Shown here piece after piece: positions 19,023 to 27,755 of a DNA stretch of 64,000 bases. The DNA is taken from assembly GCA_944380935.1 (NCBI GenBank), contig CALWJF010000027.1, positions 4,082 through 68,081 on the forward strand, in the 5' to 3' direction. Every line of letters starts with the position of its first letter. Positions within the stretch are counted from its first letter, which is position 1. The notes below the pieces were generated by a model. It had not been told where the DNA came from, searched no databases, and saw only the letters and a list, made by a program, of their open reading frames with translations. Origin of the DNA: an uncultured Clostridia bacterium. GTDB taxonomy: Bacteria > Bacillota > Clostridia > Oscillospirales > QAMX01. Made by a program: the position numbers and the translations under genes.

Positions 19023-20546
19023 ATGAGTGCAAGAGTGGATATTGGAGCAATCGGGTTGCGGATTCGGGAAAGACGAATGGCGATTGGCCTGACACAGGAA
19101 GGGCTTGCAAAGAAACTGGATGTAACTGCGCAAGCGGTAAGTAAGTGGGAGACGGGGGTTGGCTGTCCGGACATCTATGTCCTGCCGGATATCGCAAATG
19201 TATTGGAAATGAGTGTCGATGAATTGCTGGGAATCCAACAGGTGAAAGCAGACTTGGAAACCGACGCTGTGACGCCGACGCCCACGCCGATGCCGACATC
19301 GCAGGAAAATTCGGCCGATGAAAAAACAGTAGAAGAGGATACGCAGCAGTCTGTATTTTTTGAAGAGAGCAACGATGTTTTCAAAGAGGCAGAGGAATGG
19401 GTTGAAAGCAAAGAAGCGCAATGGGAAAAGACTGCGGAATGGGTTGAAAGCAAAGAAGCGCAATGGGAAAAGACTGCGGAAGAAGCGGAAAGCAAAGAAG
19501 CGCAATGGGAAAAGACTGCGGAAGAAGCGGAAACCAAAGAAGCGCAGTGGGAGTGGGAGAAGACTGCGCAGGAAACGGAATGGAAGGCAACGGCGGAAGA
19601 AGTAAATTGGGAAGAGATATCCCAGAAAATACAGCAGAAAATCACGGATGTTTTGGGGGACTCTGGGTTTGGGGCAAGTTTGTCCCGTTATGTCAGTGCT
19701 AATGTGCGTTCCGCTATGGCTTCAGCCAAAAAAGCAACCAAGCCAGATGCAGGCAGACGGCCAATTGTAACACGCGCTTATGCAGATTCCGACATCACGC
19801 TGCGCGGATTGGATATTGAAGTTTCCGGAAGCGGGGAAATTGTCGTGGATGAGGGGCATCCGGGCGTATGGGAAGCCAAAATCAGCGCGCCGGAATTTAT
19901 GTTTGAACAGATCATTTGCCAAACGAGGAATGGTATTCTGTATATTAAAGTGCCTTCAATTTCCCGGTTTGGGTATCGCGGAAGCAGCCCGAAGGTGCGC
20001 GTGGCAATTCAAACCGGGTTTACGCTCGGCGAAAGCCTGTGCTTGAACGTTCATGGAAGCGCAGATACGGAGATTCATCCTGACTTTGAACGCAGCGAAG
20101 TGCATATTGCCGGTTCCGGCGACGTAGAAATGGCCAATGCAGGAATCCTGACTTATTCAGTTTCCGGTTCCGGGGACCTGAGCTTCGGGGATGCACAGGA
20201 TGCGTCGATTCGGATTTCCGGTTCCGGCGACGCGCATGGCGGATGCCTGACAGGACGCACGATTGTGCATATTTCCGGTTCTGGTGATTTTAGCGCGGAT
20301 GCGGTCAGCGGGACGTTGGAAGCGGTTGCAGCCGGTTCCGGCGATTTCAGTATCAATGAAGGCGTGCTCGACAGCTTGAAGATCAGGACTTCCGGTTCGG
20401 GCGACTTTTACGGCCCCAATCTTGAAGTTCAGGATGCTGAAATTCGGATTACCGGCGGCGGAGATGCCGTTCTTGGCCGTGTAAAGGGAAAACTTATTAA
20501 AAATGTGTCGAAAAGCGCCTCTGTACGGATTCGGCAGCTGGGATAA
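19023..20546 (+). CDS. XRE-family HTH protein fused to acidic Trp-rich repeats and a GSGD beta-helix (DUF2807/DUF4097-like) domain
   Basis: The N-terminal GLRIRERRMAIGLTQEGLAKKLDVTAQAVSKWETG is a Cro/C1 HTH. The middle holds 4 copies of xxxESKEAQWEKTA. The C-terminus holds at least 6 SGSGD repeats. No hydrophobic TM segment seen. Confidence 0.7.
   Translation: MSARVDIGAIGLRIRERRMAIGLTQEGLAKKLDVTAQAVSKWETGVGCPDIYVLPDIANVLEMSVDELLGIQQVKADLETDAVTPTPTPMPTSQENSADEKTVEEDTQQSVFFEESNDVFKEAEEWVESKEAQWEKTAEWVESKEAQWEKTAEEAESKEAQWEKTAEEAETKEAQWEWEKTAQETEWKATAEEVNWEEISQKIQQKITDVLGDSGFGASLSRYVSANVRSAMASAKKATKPDAGRRPIVTRAYADSDITLRGLDIEVSGSGEIVVDEGHPGVWEAKISAPEFMFEQIICQTRNGILYIKVPSISRFGYRGSSPKVRVAIQTGFTLGESLCLNVHGSADTEIHPDFERSEVHIAGSGDVEMANAGILTYSVSGSGDLSFGDAQDASIRISGSGDAHGGCLTGRTIVHISGSGDFSADAVSGTLEAVAAGSGDFSINEGVLDSLKIRTSGSGDFYGPNLEVQDAEIRITGGGDAVLGRVKGKLIKNVSKSASVRIRQLG
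19395..19568 (+). repeat. in-frame 42-bp tandem repeat, 4 units (the last is 48 bp)
   Basis: Units lie at 19395-19436, 19437-19478 (identical to unit 1), 19479-19520 and 19521-19568. Each encodes E(W/E)(V/A)E(S/T)KEAQWEKTA. Confidence 0.9.
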
Positions 20547-20571
20547 AAGGTTTGCGCATCGGAAGAGATTT

Positions 20572-20610
20572 GCCGGACGGTATGGATTCCATACCGTCCG
20601 GCTCTTTCCT
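20572..20610 (+). terminator. intrinsic terminator
   Basis: Stem GCCGGACGGTATGG-attc-CATACCGTCCGGC followed by a T-rich tract. Confidence 0.6.
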
Positions 20611-20644
20611 GTTAGAGAAGCTTTGCGTTTCATACAAAAAATAC

Positions 20645-20673
20645 TTGCCCCGGCCGGATAAGCAGGATATAAT
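20645..20673 (+). promoter_or_regulatory. candidate promoter of the tagA-thyX-tmk... operon
   Basis: TTGCCC (20645-20650), 17-nt spacer, TATAAT (20668-20673). Confidence 0.45.
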
Positions 20674-20706
20674 AAATAAGATGATAAAATGGCGGGGAGT
20701 ATAGTA

Positions 20707-21450
20707 ATGGAACGAGTATCGATCCTTGGTGTAGAATTTGATCCGTTGACGCCGGACATGGCGCTTTCCCATCTGGTAAAGGGGATTGAGCAGGGTGGGC
20801 AGGAATATGTAGTTACGCCGAACCCCGAATTTGTATATGCCTGCAGGCAGGACCCGGCATTGCGGCCTTTGCTTAATAATGCGGGGTTGTGTGTGCCGGA
20901 TGGTGTTGGGATCATTTACGCGGCGAAAATTTTGAAAACACCGCCGTTGCAGCGGATACCGGGGATTGAATTGGGAGAAGCATTGCTTGCCTGGGCGGCG
21001 CAGCATGGACGGACGGTATTTCTTCTTGGCGCGAAGCCGGGTGTTGCGGAAACTGCGGCGCAAAAGCTGCAGCAAAACTATCCGGGACTTGCTGTTGTCG
21101 GAACACAGGATGGCTATTTCACGGACGATGCTCCCGTTGTGGCGAAGATTGCTGATTCAGGAGCGGAAATTGTGCTGGTTTGTATGGGCTTCCCCAGGCA
21201 GGAACGCTTTATGGCGCAGAACCTGGAAGCCTCGGGCGCGCGGGTGATGCTGGGCCTGGGCGGATCACTGGATGTGTTTGCAGGGACCGTGCGCAGGGCG
21301 CCGGAATTTTACCGGAAAGCGGGACTGGAATGGCTGTACCGGCTTTTGAAGGAACCCTCCCGAATCGGACGTATGATGAAGCTGCCGGTGTTTTTGTGGA
21401 TCGTAATTCGGGAAAGCTGGAAAAAGCCAAAAAAAAAGGTGGAAAAATGA
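20707..21450 (+). CDS. WecB/TagA/CpsF family glycosyltransferase
   Basis: Family-typical start ILGVEFDPLT...VVTPNPEFVY...CVPDGVGI plus YRLLKEPSRIGR. Start at MERVS after GGGGAG. The ORF track's first ATG is 20689. Confidence 0.8.
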   Translation: MERVSILGVEFDPLTPDMALSHLVKGIEQGGQEYVVTPNPEFVYACRQDPALRPLLNNAGLCVPDGVGIIYAAKILKTPPLQRIPGIELGEALLAWAAQHGRTVFLLGAKPGVAETAAQKLQQNYPGLAVVGTQDGYFTDDAPVVAKIADSGAEIVLVCMGFPRQERFMAQNLEASGARVMLGLGGSLDVFAGTVRRAPEFYRKAGLEWLYRLLKEPSRIGRMMKLPVFLWIVIRESWKKPKKKVEK

Positions 21451-22214
21451 TGAAAGTGATGTTGATTGCCTATACCCCAATGCCGGAAGAGATCGTGGCT
21501 GCAGCGGCCAAAACCTGCTATTCTGCCCGGCCGGTAGAAACGGTTATGGAAAATCTTGATGGTGAAAGCGCAGCTTCATTTGTGGAAATGCTGTCGTCAA
21601 TAGGCCATGAAAGCCCAATTGAACATGCGTCGTTTACGTTTGCAATTGAAGGTGTTTCCCGTTCGCTGTTGGCGCAGATCACGCGCCATCGAATCGCCTC
21701 GTTCAGCGTTCGCTCCCAGCGTTATGTTTCGGAGCGGAAATTTGCGTATGTGACGCCGCCGCAGATTGCGCAGGACCCGGAAGCAAATGCGATTTATGAA
21801 GAGATAATGGAGAAAGAACGCGAGGCATATAATCAAATAACGAAAATCCTGCTGGATCGGAAGCTGGAAACTTTGCCGGAAGACCAGCGGGAAGATAAAG
21901 CAAATGTGGCTGCGCTGCGCCGAAGCGTGGGAGAAGACGCGCGTTATGTGCTGCCGAATGCCTGCTGTACGCAATTGGTGATGACGATGAATGCACGCGA
22001 GTTGAAAAATTTCTTCCGCCAGCGCTGCTGTATGCGTGCGCAATGGGAAATACGGGAGCTTGCAACACAGATGCTGTTTCAGGTCCGTTCGGTGGCGCCG
22101 ACGCTGTTTGCAAATGCAGGTCCGTCGTGCATCAACGGCCCATGCCCGGAAGGAAAGATGAGCTGCGGACGTGCCATGCAAATGCGGGAAAAATTCAAGG
22201 CGAAGGAGCGATGA
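21447..22214 (+). CDS. thyX: FAD-dependent thymidylate synthase ThyX
   Basis: ThyX signature RHRIASFSVRSQRY. Start MMKVML overlaps the tagA-like stop (ATGA). Confidence 0.9.
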   Translation: MMKVMLIAYTPMPEEIVAAAAKTCYSARPVETVMENLDGESAASFVEMLSSIGHESPIEHASFTFAIEGVSRSLLAQITRHRIASFSVRSQRYVSERKFAYVTPPQIAQDPEANAIYEEIMEKEREAYNQITKILLDRKLETLPEDQREDKANVAALRRSVGEDARYVLPNACCTQLVMTMNARELKNFFRQRCCMRAQWEIRELATQMLFQVRSVAPTLFANAGPSCINGPCPEGKMSCGRAMQMREKFKAKER

Positions 22215-22218
22215 AAGT

Positions 22219-22875
22219 ATGCCGGGACGGCTTATTGTTTTGGAAGGCTGTGATGGGAGCGGGAAAAGCACGCAGCTTTCCCTGCTGGACAAACGGCTGA
22301 AAGCACGGGGCCTCGCACCCCGTACACTATCTTATCCGGTATATACCAGCGATTCTTCTGCACTAGTGCGTATGTATCTATCCGGCCAGTTTGGATCCGA
22401 TCCGAATGCGGTTATTCCTTATGTGGCCTCTTCTTTTTATGCGGTGGATCGTTGCGCCGATTTTCTTGCAAATTGGAAATCAGATTACGATGCAGGTGCA
22501 TTGTTTATTTCTGGGCGGTATACGACGTCCAATGCTGTCCACCAGGGTGCAAAATTATCGGGTTCGGATCGAGATGCATATATGGATTGGCTGTTTGAGT
22601 ATGAATACCGGCTTTTGGGCCTTCCGGAACCGGATCTTGTACTGTTTTTAGATGTCCCGCCGGAACTGGCGATGGAAAATATCCACAAGCGCGGGCAGAA
22701 TCTGGATATTCATGAGACCCGCGCGTATATTGAAAAGAGCCGCGAAAGCGCGCTTTTCGCCGCGAAACGATATGGATGGACAGTGCTGGATTGCTCTTGC
22801 GGCGGCAGGATGCGTTCCGAATATGCGGTGTGCGGTGAAATCCTACAACGAATGAAGGATCGAAATTTATGCTGA
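22219..22875 (+). CDS. tmk: dTMP (thymidylate) kinase
   Basis: Start MPGRLIVLEGCDGSGKSTQ (P-loop). Begins 4 nt after the thyX stop. Confidence 0.9.
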   Translation: MPGRLIVLEGCDGSGKSTQLSLLDKRLKARGLAPRTLSYPVYTSDSSALVRMYLSGQFGSDPNAVIPYVASSFYAVDRCADFLANWKSDYDAGALFISGRYTTSNAVHQGAKLSGSDRDAYMDWLFEYEYRLLGLPEPDLVLFLDVPPELAMENIHKRGQNLDIHETRAYIEKSRESALFAAKRYGWTVLDCSCGGRMRSEYAVCGEILQRMKDRNLC

Positions 22876-23759
22876 ATTTTAAAGCGGTTGCGCTTGAGGA
22901 CCGAATGCTTCTGGAACCAGTGCTGCGCGCGCAGCCGTATCGAATTTGCGACCATTGTTTTGCATGTCTGTATATTTGGGAAAACACCTATCCGGCGCAG
23001 TTTTGTCTTGATGAGGATATTTTATATATTTTGTATTCGTATCCCGACGGCAGTATTGCATATCAGTTACCGTATTGTACGCATATGCAGTTGCCGGGGG
23101 CAATTGAGAAAATCCGCCGCCATGCGGCCGCTATGGGGCATGTGTTGAATCTGGCTACATTGAACGAAGAACAGAAAAATCAGTTGGAGTCGGCATTGCC
23201 GGGCGCTTTTGTTTATATCCAGCAGCCGGATTACGCCGATTATATCTATTATGCGCAGGATCTGATTACCTTGCGCGGCAAAAAATTTCATGCCAAACGC
23301 AATTACATCAACCGCTTTGTTCAGCAGTATGCAGGCCGCTTTTCGTTTGAAGCAGTAGGTTCTGCCAATGCGGGAGAGGTGCTGGCGTTTAACGCGCAAT
23401 GGGACGTGCTTCATCCGGGAAATGGCATTGCAAATGAAGCAGATGCTGTCCGCCGCGCTGTGCAGAATCTGGACGCGATTGGTATGTTTGGCATTGCGAT
23501 GCGGCTTGACGGGGAGATTGCCGCGTTTGCGCTGGGGACGCGTCTGTGCGCGGATACCGTGCTGGAACAGATAGAAAAAGCCTCCGATGTTACAGGCGCT
23601 TATCAGATGATCAATCAGGCGTTTGCTCAGCGCTTTGCAGCGGATTGCCTGTATATCAACCGGGAAGAAGATTTGGGCCTTGAAGGGCTGCGGAAAGCAA
23701 AACAGTCCTATAATCCGGCTTATTTGAATATGCGTTACCGTGCATTATGGGCGTTATGA
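22869..23759 (+). CDS. DUF2156 protein (stand-alone MprF C-terminal/FemX-like acyltransferase fold)
   Basis: 296 aa. N-terminal region CDHCFACLYIWENTY and overall length are typical of DUF2156. 7-nt overlap with tmk. Confidence 0.6.
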   Translation: MLNFKAVALEDRMLLEPVLRAQPYRICDHCFACLYIWENTYPAQFCLDEDILYILYSYPDGSIAYQLPYCTHMQLPGAIEKIRRHAAAMGHVLNLATLNEEQKNQLESALPGAFVYIQQPDYADYIYYAQDLITLRGKKFHAKRNYINRFVQQYAGRFSFEAVGSANAGEVLAFNAQWDVLHPGNGIANEADAVRRAVQNLDAIGMFGIAMRLDGEIAAFALGTRLCADTVLEQIEKASDVTGAYQMINQAFAQRFAADCLYINREEDLGLEGLRKAKQSYNPAYLNMRYRALWAL

Positions 23760-24328
23760 TGGATAAGATTATGTTGGAAAAGAAAAAACTGCGCCAAACG
23801 CTGCTGCAACAGCGCAGGAATATGGGCCGTAATATGCAAATGGATGCTGCAATAACGTGCGCATTGGTTGGCAGCAGCGTGTGGCAAACGGCACGCAGTA
23901 TATTTGTTTATCTTCCGTTGGCTTGGGAAATAGATACACGGGCGATGGTATCTTTGGCGTTTGAAGAAGGAAAGAAAGTGGCTGTACCGATCAGCGGTTT
24001 GGCTGGAGAAATGAAAGCGGTGCGTATAGATGCGCAGACCCGTCTGCATCCGGGACGTTATGGAATTTTGGAGCCGGAGACGTCTGATGAAATTGTTTCA
24101 CCGCAGGATACGTCTCTGATTATAGTTCCGGCACTTGCCTTTGCTCGGGACGGCGTACGGCTCGGCCGCGGAGGCGGATATTATGACCGCTGGCTTGCAG
24201 ACACGCAGGGGATAAGCGTGGGATTGTGCTATACGCAATATTTGTTTCCTTATTTGCCGTCTGAAGGGCATGACCGTCGAGTTGATGCGATTTGTACGCA
24301 GGAGGGCATTCTATGGACAAAAGGCTGA
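23756..24328 (+). CDS. 5-formyltetrahydrofolate cyclo-ligase
   Basis: Contains GILEP..., IIVPALAFARDGVRLGRGGGYYDRWL. Start uncertain: ATGs at 23747, 23756 (ATGA overlap with the previous stop), 23759 and 23771. Confidence 0.8.
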   Translation: MMDKIMLEKKKLRQTLLQQRRNMGRNMQMDAAITCALVGSSVWQTARSIFVYLPLAWEIDTRAMVSLAFEEGKKVAVPISGLAGEMKAVRIDAQTRLHPGRYGILEPETSDEIVSPQDTSLIIVPALAFARDGVRLGRGGGYYDRWLADTQGISVGLCYTQYLFPYLPSEGHDRRVDAICTQEGILWTKG

Positions 24329-25224
24329 GTTCCTATGCAGGCTGGCTGGTTTTTATTCCAATGTTGTTTGTGTCCGTGTTCTATCTGCTGGCTGAAGATT
24401 TTTTGTTAGAAACTGTAGGGGCGGGTGCAATCCTGTGCGTGGCGGTGAGCATTTTTGTTGCGTTTGCCGGAACAAAAATGGCGGTTCGTTTTTACCGTCC
24501 GCTGAGTTCCAAAATTCGGAAACGGCCGTTTAAACTTGCGCGTGTCTATATTCCGTTTGTGTTTTGGGTATCGCTGAGCTGCGCACTGTTTGCTGTTTTT
24601 TTAAATATATTGACTTCTATTTTTGCCGGCGTATCTTTTTGGGGACTGCGTGGATTTTATCCAATGCTGGCGGACTCGATGCCTGCACATCCGATCTTGG
24701 TTTTTTTTGCGCTGGTTTTGCTCCCTGCCGTATTGGAGGAAATTTTATTGCGGGGAACGGTATATCCGTTGTGCGAGCGGGAGGGAACGGCTGCAGCGGT
24801 GTTTTTTTCTGCGCTGATCATGCCGCTGCTGTACGTCTATCCCCAGGCATCGATGACGGGTCTGCTGATCGGGACTGTCAGCGCGGTAATGAGCTATATG
24901 TGTGATTCCCTTTGCGCGGCGATGGCGGTGCATTTTGCTTGCCGCGCAGCACTCTGGCTCGGGGATCTTATGACGGCAAATCAGAATTTTATGAATTATG
25001 CAGGCATTTTTGTCTGCATCCTGTTGTTTTTCTTTTTTATTTGTGTCTATCGAAGCTTGCGGAATTACGAAGGACTTATGCGGGATGAATTGCTTTGCCC
25101 GGCAAAACGGGGTGCTTCGGATGCAACGGTTAACCTGCGGCGTTTGTTTTTTTCGGTTGGCTTCGGTTTATTTGTTGTAGTGTTTGTTATTCGTTTTATT
25201 TCCATGGTCCTTCGCTATCTGTAA
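24313..25224 (+). CDS. CPBP family intramembrane glutamic endopeptidase (CAAX protease-like)
   Basis: Polytopic membrane protein with the EEILLRG motif. Start at MDKRL after AGGAGGG. Confidence 0.75.
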   Translation: MDKRLSSYAGWLVFIPMLFVSVFYLLAEDFLLETVGAGAILCVAVSIFVAFAGTKMAVRFYRPLSSKIRKRPFKLARVYIPFVFWVSLSCALFAVFLNILTSIFAGVSFWGLRGFYPMLADSMPAHPILVFFALVLLPAVLEEILLRGTVYPLCEREGTAAAVFFSALIMPLLYVYPQASMTGLLIGTVSAVMSYMCDSLCAAMAVHFACRAALWLGDLMTANQNFMNYAGIFVCILLFFFFICVYRSLRNYEGLMRDELLCPAKRGASDATVNLRRLFFSVGFGLFVVVFVIRFISMVLRYL

Positions 25225-25254
25225 GCACTGTGACAAGGGAAAGGCAAGGCGTCT

Positions 25255-26733
25255 ATGAGTAATGAAAAAAATCAAAATTCAGAAGAATTGATGCATGAAC
25301 AGAACAATCAAATTCCTGCCATGGATAAGGACAACGACGCTGAAAATTTGCCTCCTGCTTCGGAAGTACCGCACGAGGAGGAGCAGAAAAAAGATGCGCC
25401 TGTCCGGGATGAAGTGGAAGTGTTTGAGGAATATGAACGCCGTTGGAGCCGTGCAGTGGAAAACCGTGCGGATAATTATCGACGGGAAAGAGGGGAACAT
25501 GCAAAAACTGTGCCCCTGTTTGCGCGCCTGCAAAAATGGGTAAAGCAAAGGCAGGAAGAGAAGCTTGCGGCACAACGGGAAGCGGAGCATATTGAGTTCC
25601 CGGAAGCCGACGAAGATCTTGATTATACGGATCAGAAGCCGGTGCGCGGAATGCGCCGCGGCCGCAGGATGCACCATGATTTCGGGTATTCCTGCTTAGC
25701 CGCGATTTTATATGCGGCTTTTATTCTGGGCGTTTCCATGTTCTGCGCGGCCTTTATTATCATGTGTGCAAACGAGGTGTTTGCGTTTGTAAAACCGGAT
25801 GTTACTTCGGTTGTAGAAATTGATGAAACGGACAGTTATGCAGTGGTTGCTGAGAAACTGGAAGATGCCGGTTTAATCTCCCATCCCTGGTTATTCCGGC
25901 TGTACTGTAATATTTCCAATCCGACTTTTCGAACCGGGAAGTTTGAGCTTAATGCAAACCTGGATTATAATGCAATGAAAAAAGCACTGACACGCGTTTC
26001 CACATACCGGGAAACGGTCTGGGTTACAATTCCGGAAGGGTATACAGCAGAGCAAATTGCTGCGGCACTGGAGGAAAAAGAGGTTTGTACGGCGCAGGAT
26101 TTTCTGGATGCGGTAGAAAATGGCGAGTTTGACTATGATTTTATTCCGCAACCCAATGCGGACAGTGTCTGCCGGCTGGAAGGGTATTTGTTCCCCGACA
26201 CCTATCAGTTTTACGTTGGTGATGATCCGGAAAATGTAGTAAAAAAATTTTTGAACAACTTTGAAGTGCGGTTTACGGATAAACTGGTAAATCGAATGAC
26301 GGAACTGGAGTTGAATATGGAAGAGGTAATCATTATCGCTTCCATGATCGAACGTGAGGCAAAGCTTGATTATGAACGTCCGATGATTGCGTCTGTTATT
26401 TTCAACCGTCTAAACGACCCGCAGACATTCCCGTATCTGCAAATTGACGCAACAGTGCAATATATTCTCGGCCGTGCGCCAACCAGTGAAGATCTTTCGA
26501 TAGACAATCCGTATAATACCTATGTTAACCCCGGTTTGCCGCCAGGGCCGATCTGCAATCCGGGTATTGATGCGATCACAGCGGTGCTGTATCCGGATGA
26601 AACCGCTTACTATTATTATGTAGCCTGTGCAAATGGGACGCATATTTTCTCCGAGACGTATGACGAACATCAGGCTGCAATTGTGCAGGCACGCGAAACC
26701 TTTGATCAGGCTTCGGAGGAAACGCAGGATTAG
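25255..26733 (+). CDS. mltG: endolytic murein transglycosylase MltG (YceG-like) with long acidic N-terminal extension
   Basis: One TM segment, then the YceG core (IIIASMIEREAKL, NPYNTYVNPGLPPGPICNPG). About 140 aa of charged N-terminal sequence. Confidence 0.85.
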   Translation: MSNEKNQNSEELMHEQNNQIPAMDKDNDAENLPPASEVPHEEEQKKDAPVRDEVEVFEEYERRWSRAVENRADNYRRERGEHAKTVPLFARLQKWVKQRQEEKLAAQREAEHIEFPEADEDLDYTDQKPVRGMRRGRRMHHDFGYSCLAAILYAAFILGVSMFCAAFIIMCANEVFAFVKPDVTSVVEIDETDSYAVVAEKLEDAGLISHPWLFRLYCNISNPTFRTGKFELNANLDYNAMKKALTRVSTYRETVWVTIPEGYTAEQIAAALEEKEVCTAQDFLDAVENGEFDYDFIPQPNADSVCRLEGYLFPDTYQFYVGDDPENVVKKFLNNFEVRFTDKLVNRMTELELNMEEVIIIASMIEREAKLDYERPMIASVIFNRLNDPQTFPYLQIDATVQYILGRAPTSEDLSIDNPYNTYVNPGLPPGPICNPGIDAITAVLYPDETAYYYYVACANGTHIFSETYDEHQAAIVQARETFDQASEETQD

Positions 26734-26751
26734 TGCCCGATTGGAAAATCT

Positions 26752-27582
26752 ATGATAAAACGACTTTTTAACAGACTGACTGCCCTTGTGGTGATTATAA
26801 CCGTGTTGGGCGCTGCGCTTTTTGCCTGGGCGCACTTTGTGGAACCGGCAATGATCCGCGTAGAGCAGGTTGAAATTACGGCAGAGGATTTGCCTGCTTC
26901 GGCAGACGGATTGAAAATCGCTCTGTTTTCCGATGCGCATCTTGGGTTTGGCCTCGACGTGGAAAAGCTTGCAGATGCAGTTGCGCTGATTAACGAAGAA
27001 CAGCCGGATCTTATTGCGTTCACAGGGGATCTTTATGACGATTACTCAAAATCTGCGCCGGATGATGCAGAAGTGATCCAGGTACTGGCGGGACTGTCAG
27101 CCCCGCTGGGGAAGTATGCGGTGCTGGGGAATCACGATTATGGTCCGCTTGCACACCGGCGCACAGATGAAATACTGAGCGCCGGTGGGTTTAAGGTTCT
27201 GTATAACCAGAGCGTTCAGCTCCCGGAATACGGATTGTCTGTCTTCGGTATGGATGATTGCATGTTCGGCGCCGGGGATGCTTCAGCGTACCAGCCGCAG
27301 ATGGATTATTATAACCTTGTGTTATGCCATGAGCCGGATGTATTTGCGCAAATGCAAGATGTGGATTTGATGCTCTCCGGCCATACACATGGCGGACAGG
27401 TCCGGCTTCCGTTTATCGGCGCGGCTGCCCTTCCCGGATTGGGGAAAACCTATGTTTCCGGTTTGTACGAGGAGGGGAACGGCAGGATTTATGTAAACCG
27501 GGGATTGGGTACGACTATTCTGCAATTGCGGCTGATGTGTACGCCGGAAATTACCATCCTGACATTGAAAAAAGCCGGTTAG
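26752..27582 (+). CDS. metallophosphoesterase (YkuE/calcineurin-like)
   Basis: N-terminal TM segment and motifs SDAHLG, GDLYD, GNHD, GHTHGGQ. Confidence 0.8.
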   Translation: MIKRLFNRLTALVVIITVLGAALFAWAHFVEPAMIRVEQVEITAEDLPASADGLKIALFSDAHLGFGLDVEKLADAVALINEEQPDLIAFTGDLYDDYSKSAPDDAEVIQVLAGLSAPLGKYAVLGNHDYGPLAHRRTDEILSAGGFKVLYNQSVQLPEYGLSVFGMDDCMFGAGDASAYQPQMDYYNLVLCHEPDVFAQMQDVDLMLSGHTHGGQVRLPFIGAAALPGLGKTYVSGLYEEGNGRIYVNRGLGTTILQLRLMCTPEITILTLKKAG

Positions 27583-27592
27583 AAGAATAAAT

Positions 27593-27642
27593 AGCAGCAA
27601 AGGGCGGAGGAAGCAGGTTCCTTCTGCCTTTTGCTGCTTTTG
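27593..27642 (+). terminator. intrinsic terminator ending the 8-gene operon
   Basis: Long stem AGCAGCAAAGGGCGGAGG.../...CTTCTGCCTTTTGCTGCT followed by TTTT. Confidence 0.7.
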
Positions 27643-27720
27643 CTGTACGGGATTGTAAGGAATGTACGGAAAAGCCATAAAAAAAAGATGGAATTTATAA
27701 GAAAATCTTGTAAAAAGCTA

Positions 27721-27749
27721 TTGACAAGATGGATTTATGGGTTTATACT
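27721..27749 (+). promoter_or_regulatory. consensus sigma-70 promoter of the S10 operon with AT-rich UP-like region
   Basis: TTGACA (27721-27726), 17-nt spacer, TATACT (27744-27749), with an A/T-rich tract at 27676-27720. Confidence 0.65.
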
Positions 27750-27755
27750 AGATAA

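Noticed and set aside
18987-19645. Several minus-strand and alternative-frame ORFs (18987..19505, 19175..19645, 19360..19605, 19381..19590) with repetitive basic or Ser-rich translations
   Set aside because: They are generated by the 42-bp tandem repeat inside the HTH/beta-helix gene. Only the + frame starting at 19023 has a coherent domain architecture, promoter, RBS and terminator.
20150-20420. Periodic TTCCGGTTCCGG(C/G)GA(C/T) repeats that could look like a short repeat-spacer array
   Set aside because: The repeats are in frame and encode the SGSGD turns of a beta-helix domain. Spacing is irregular and the units are only about 15 nt. This is not a CRISPR array.
21180-21446. The N-terminal 89 codons of ORF 21180..22214 as part of thyX
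   Set aside because: This part overlaps the 3' end of the tagA-like gene in another frame. The ThyX homology begins at MMKVML (21447), which has a GGTGG SD-like sequence and an ATGA overlap with the upstream stop.
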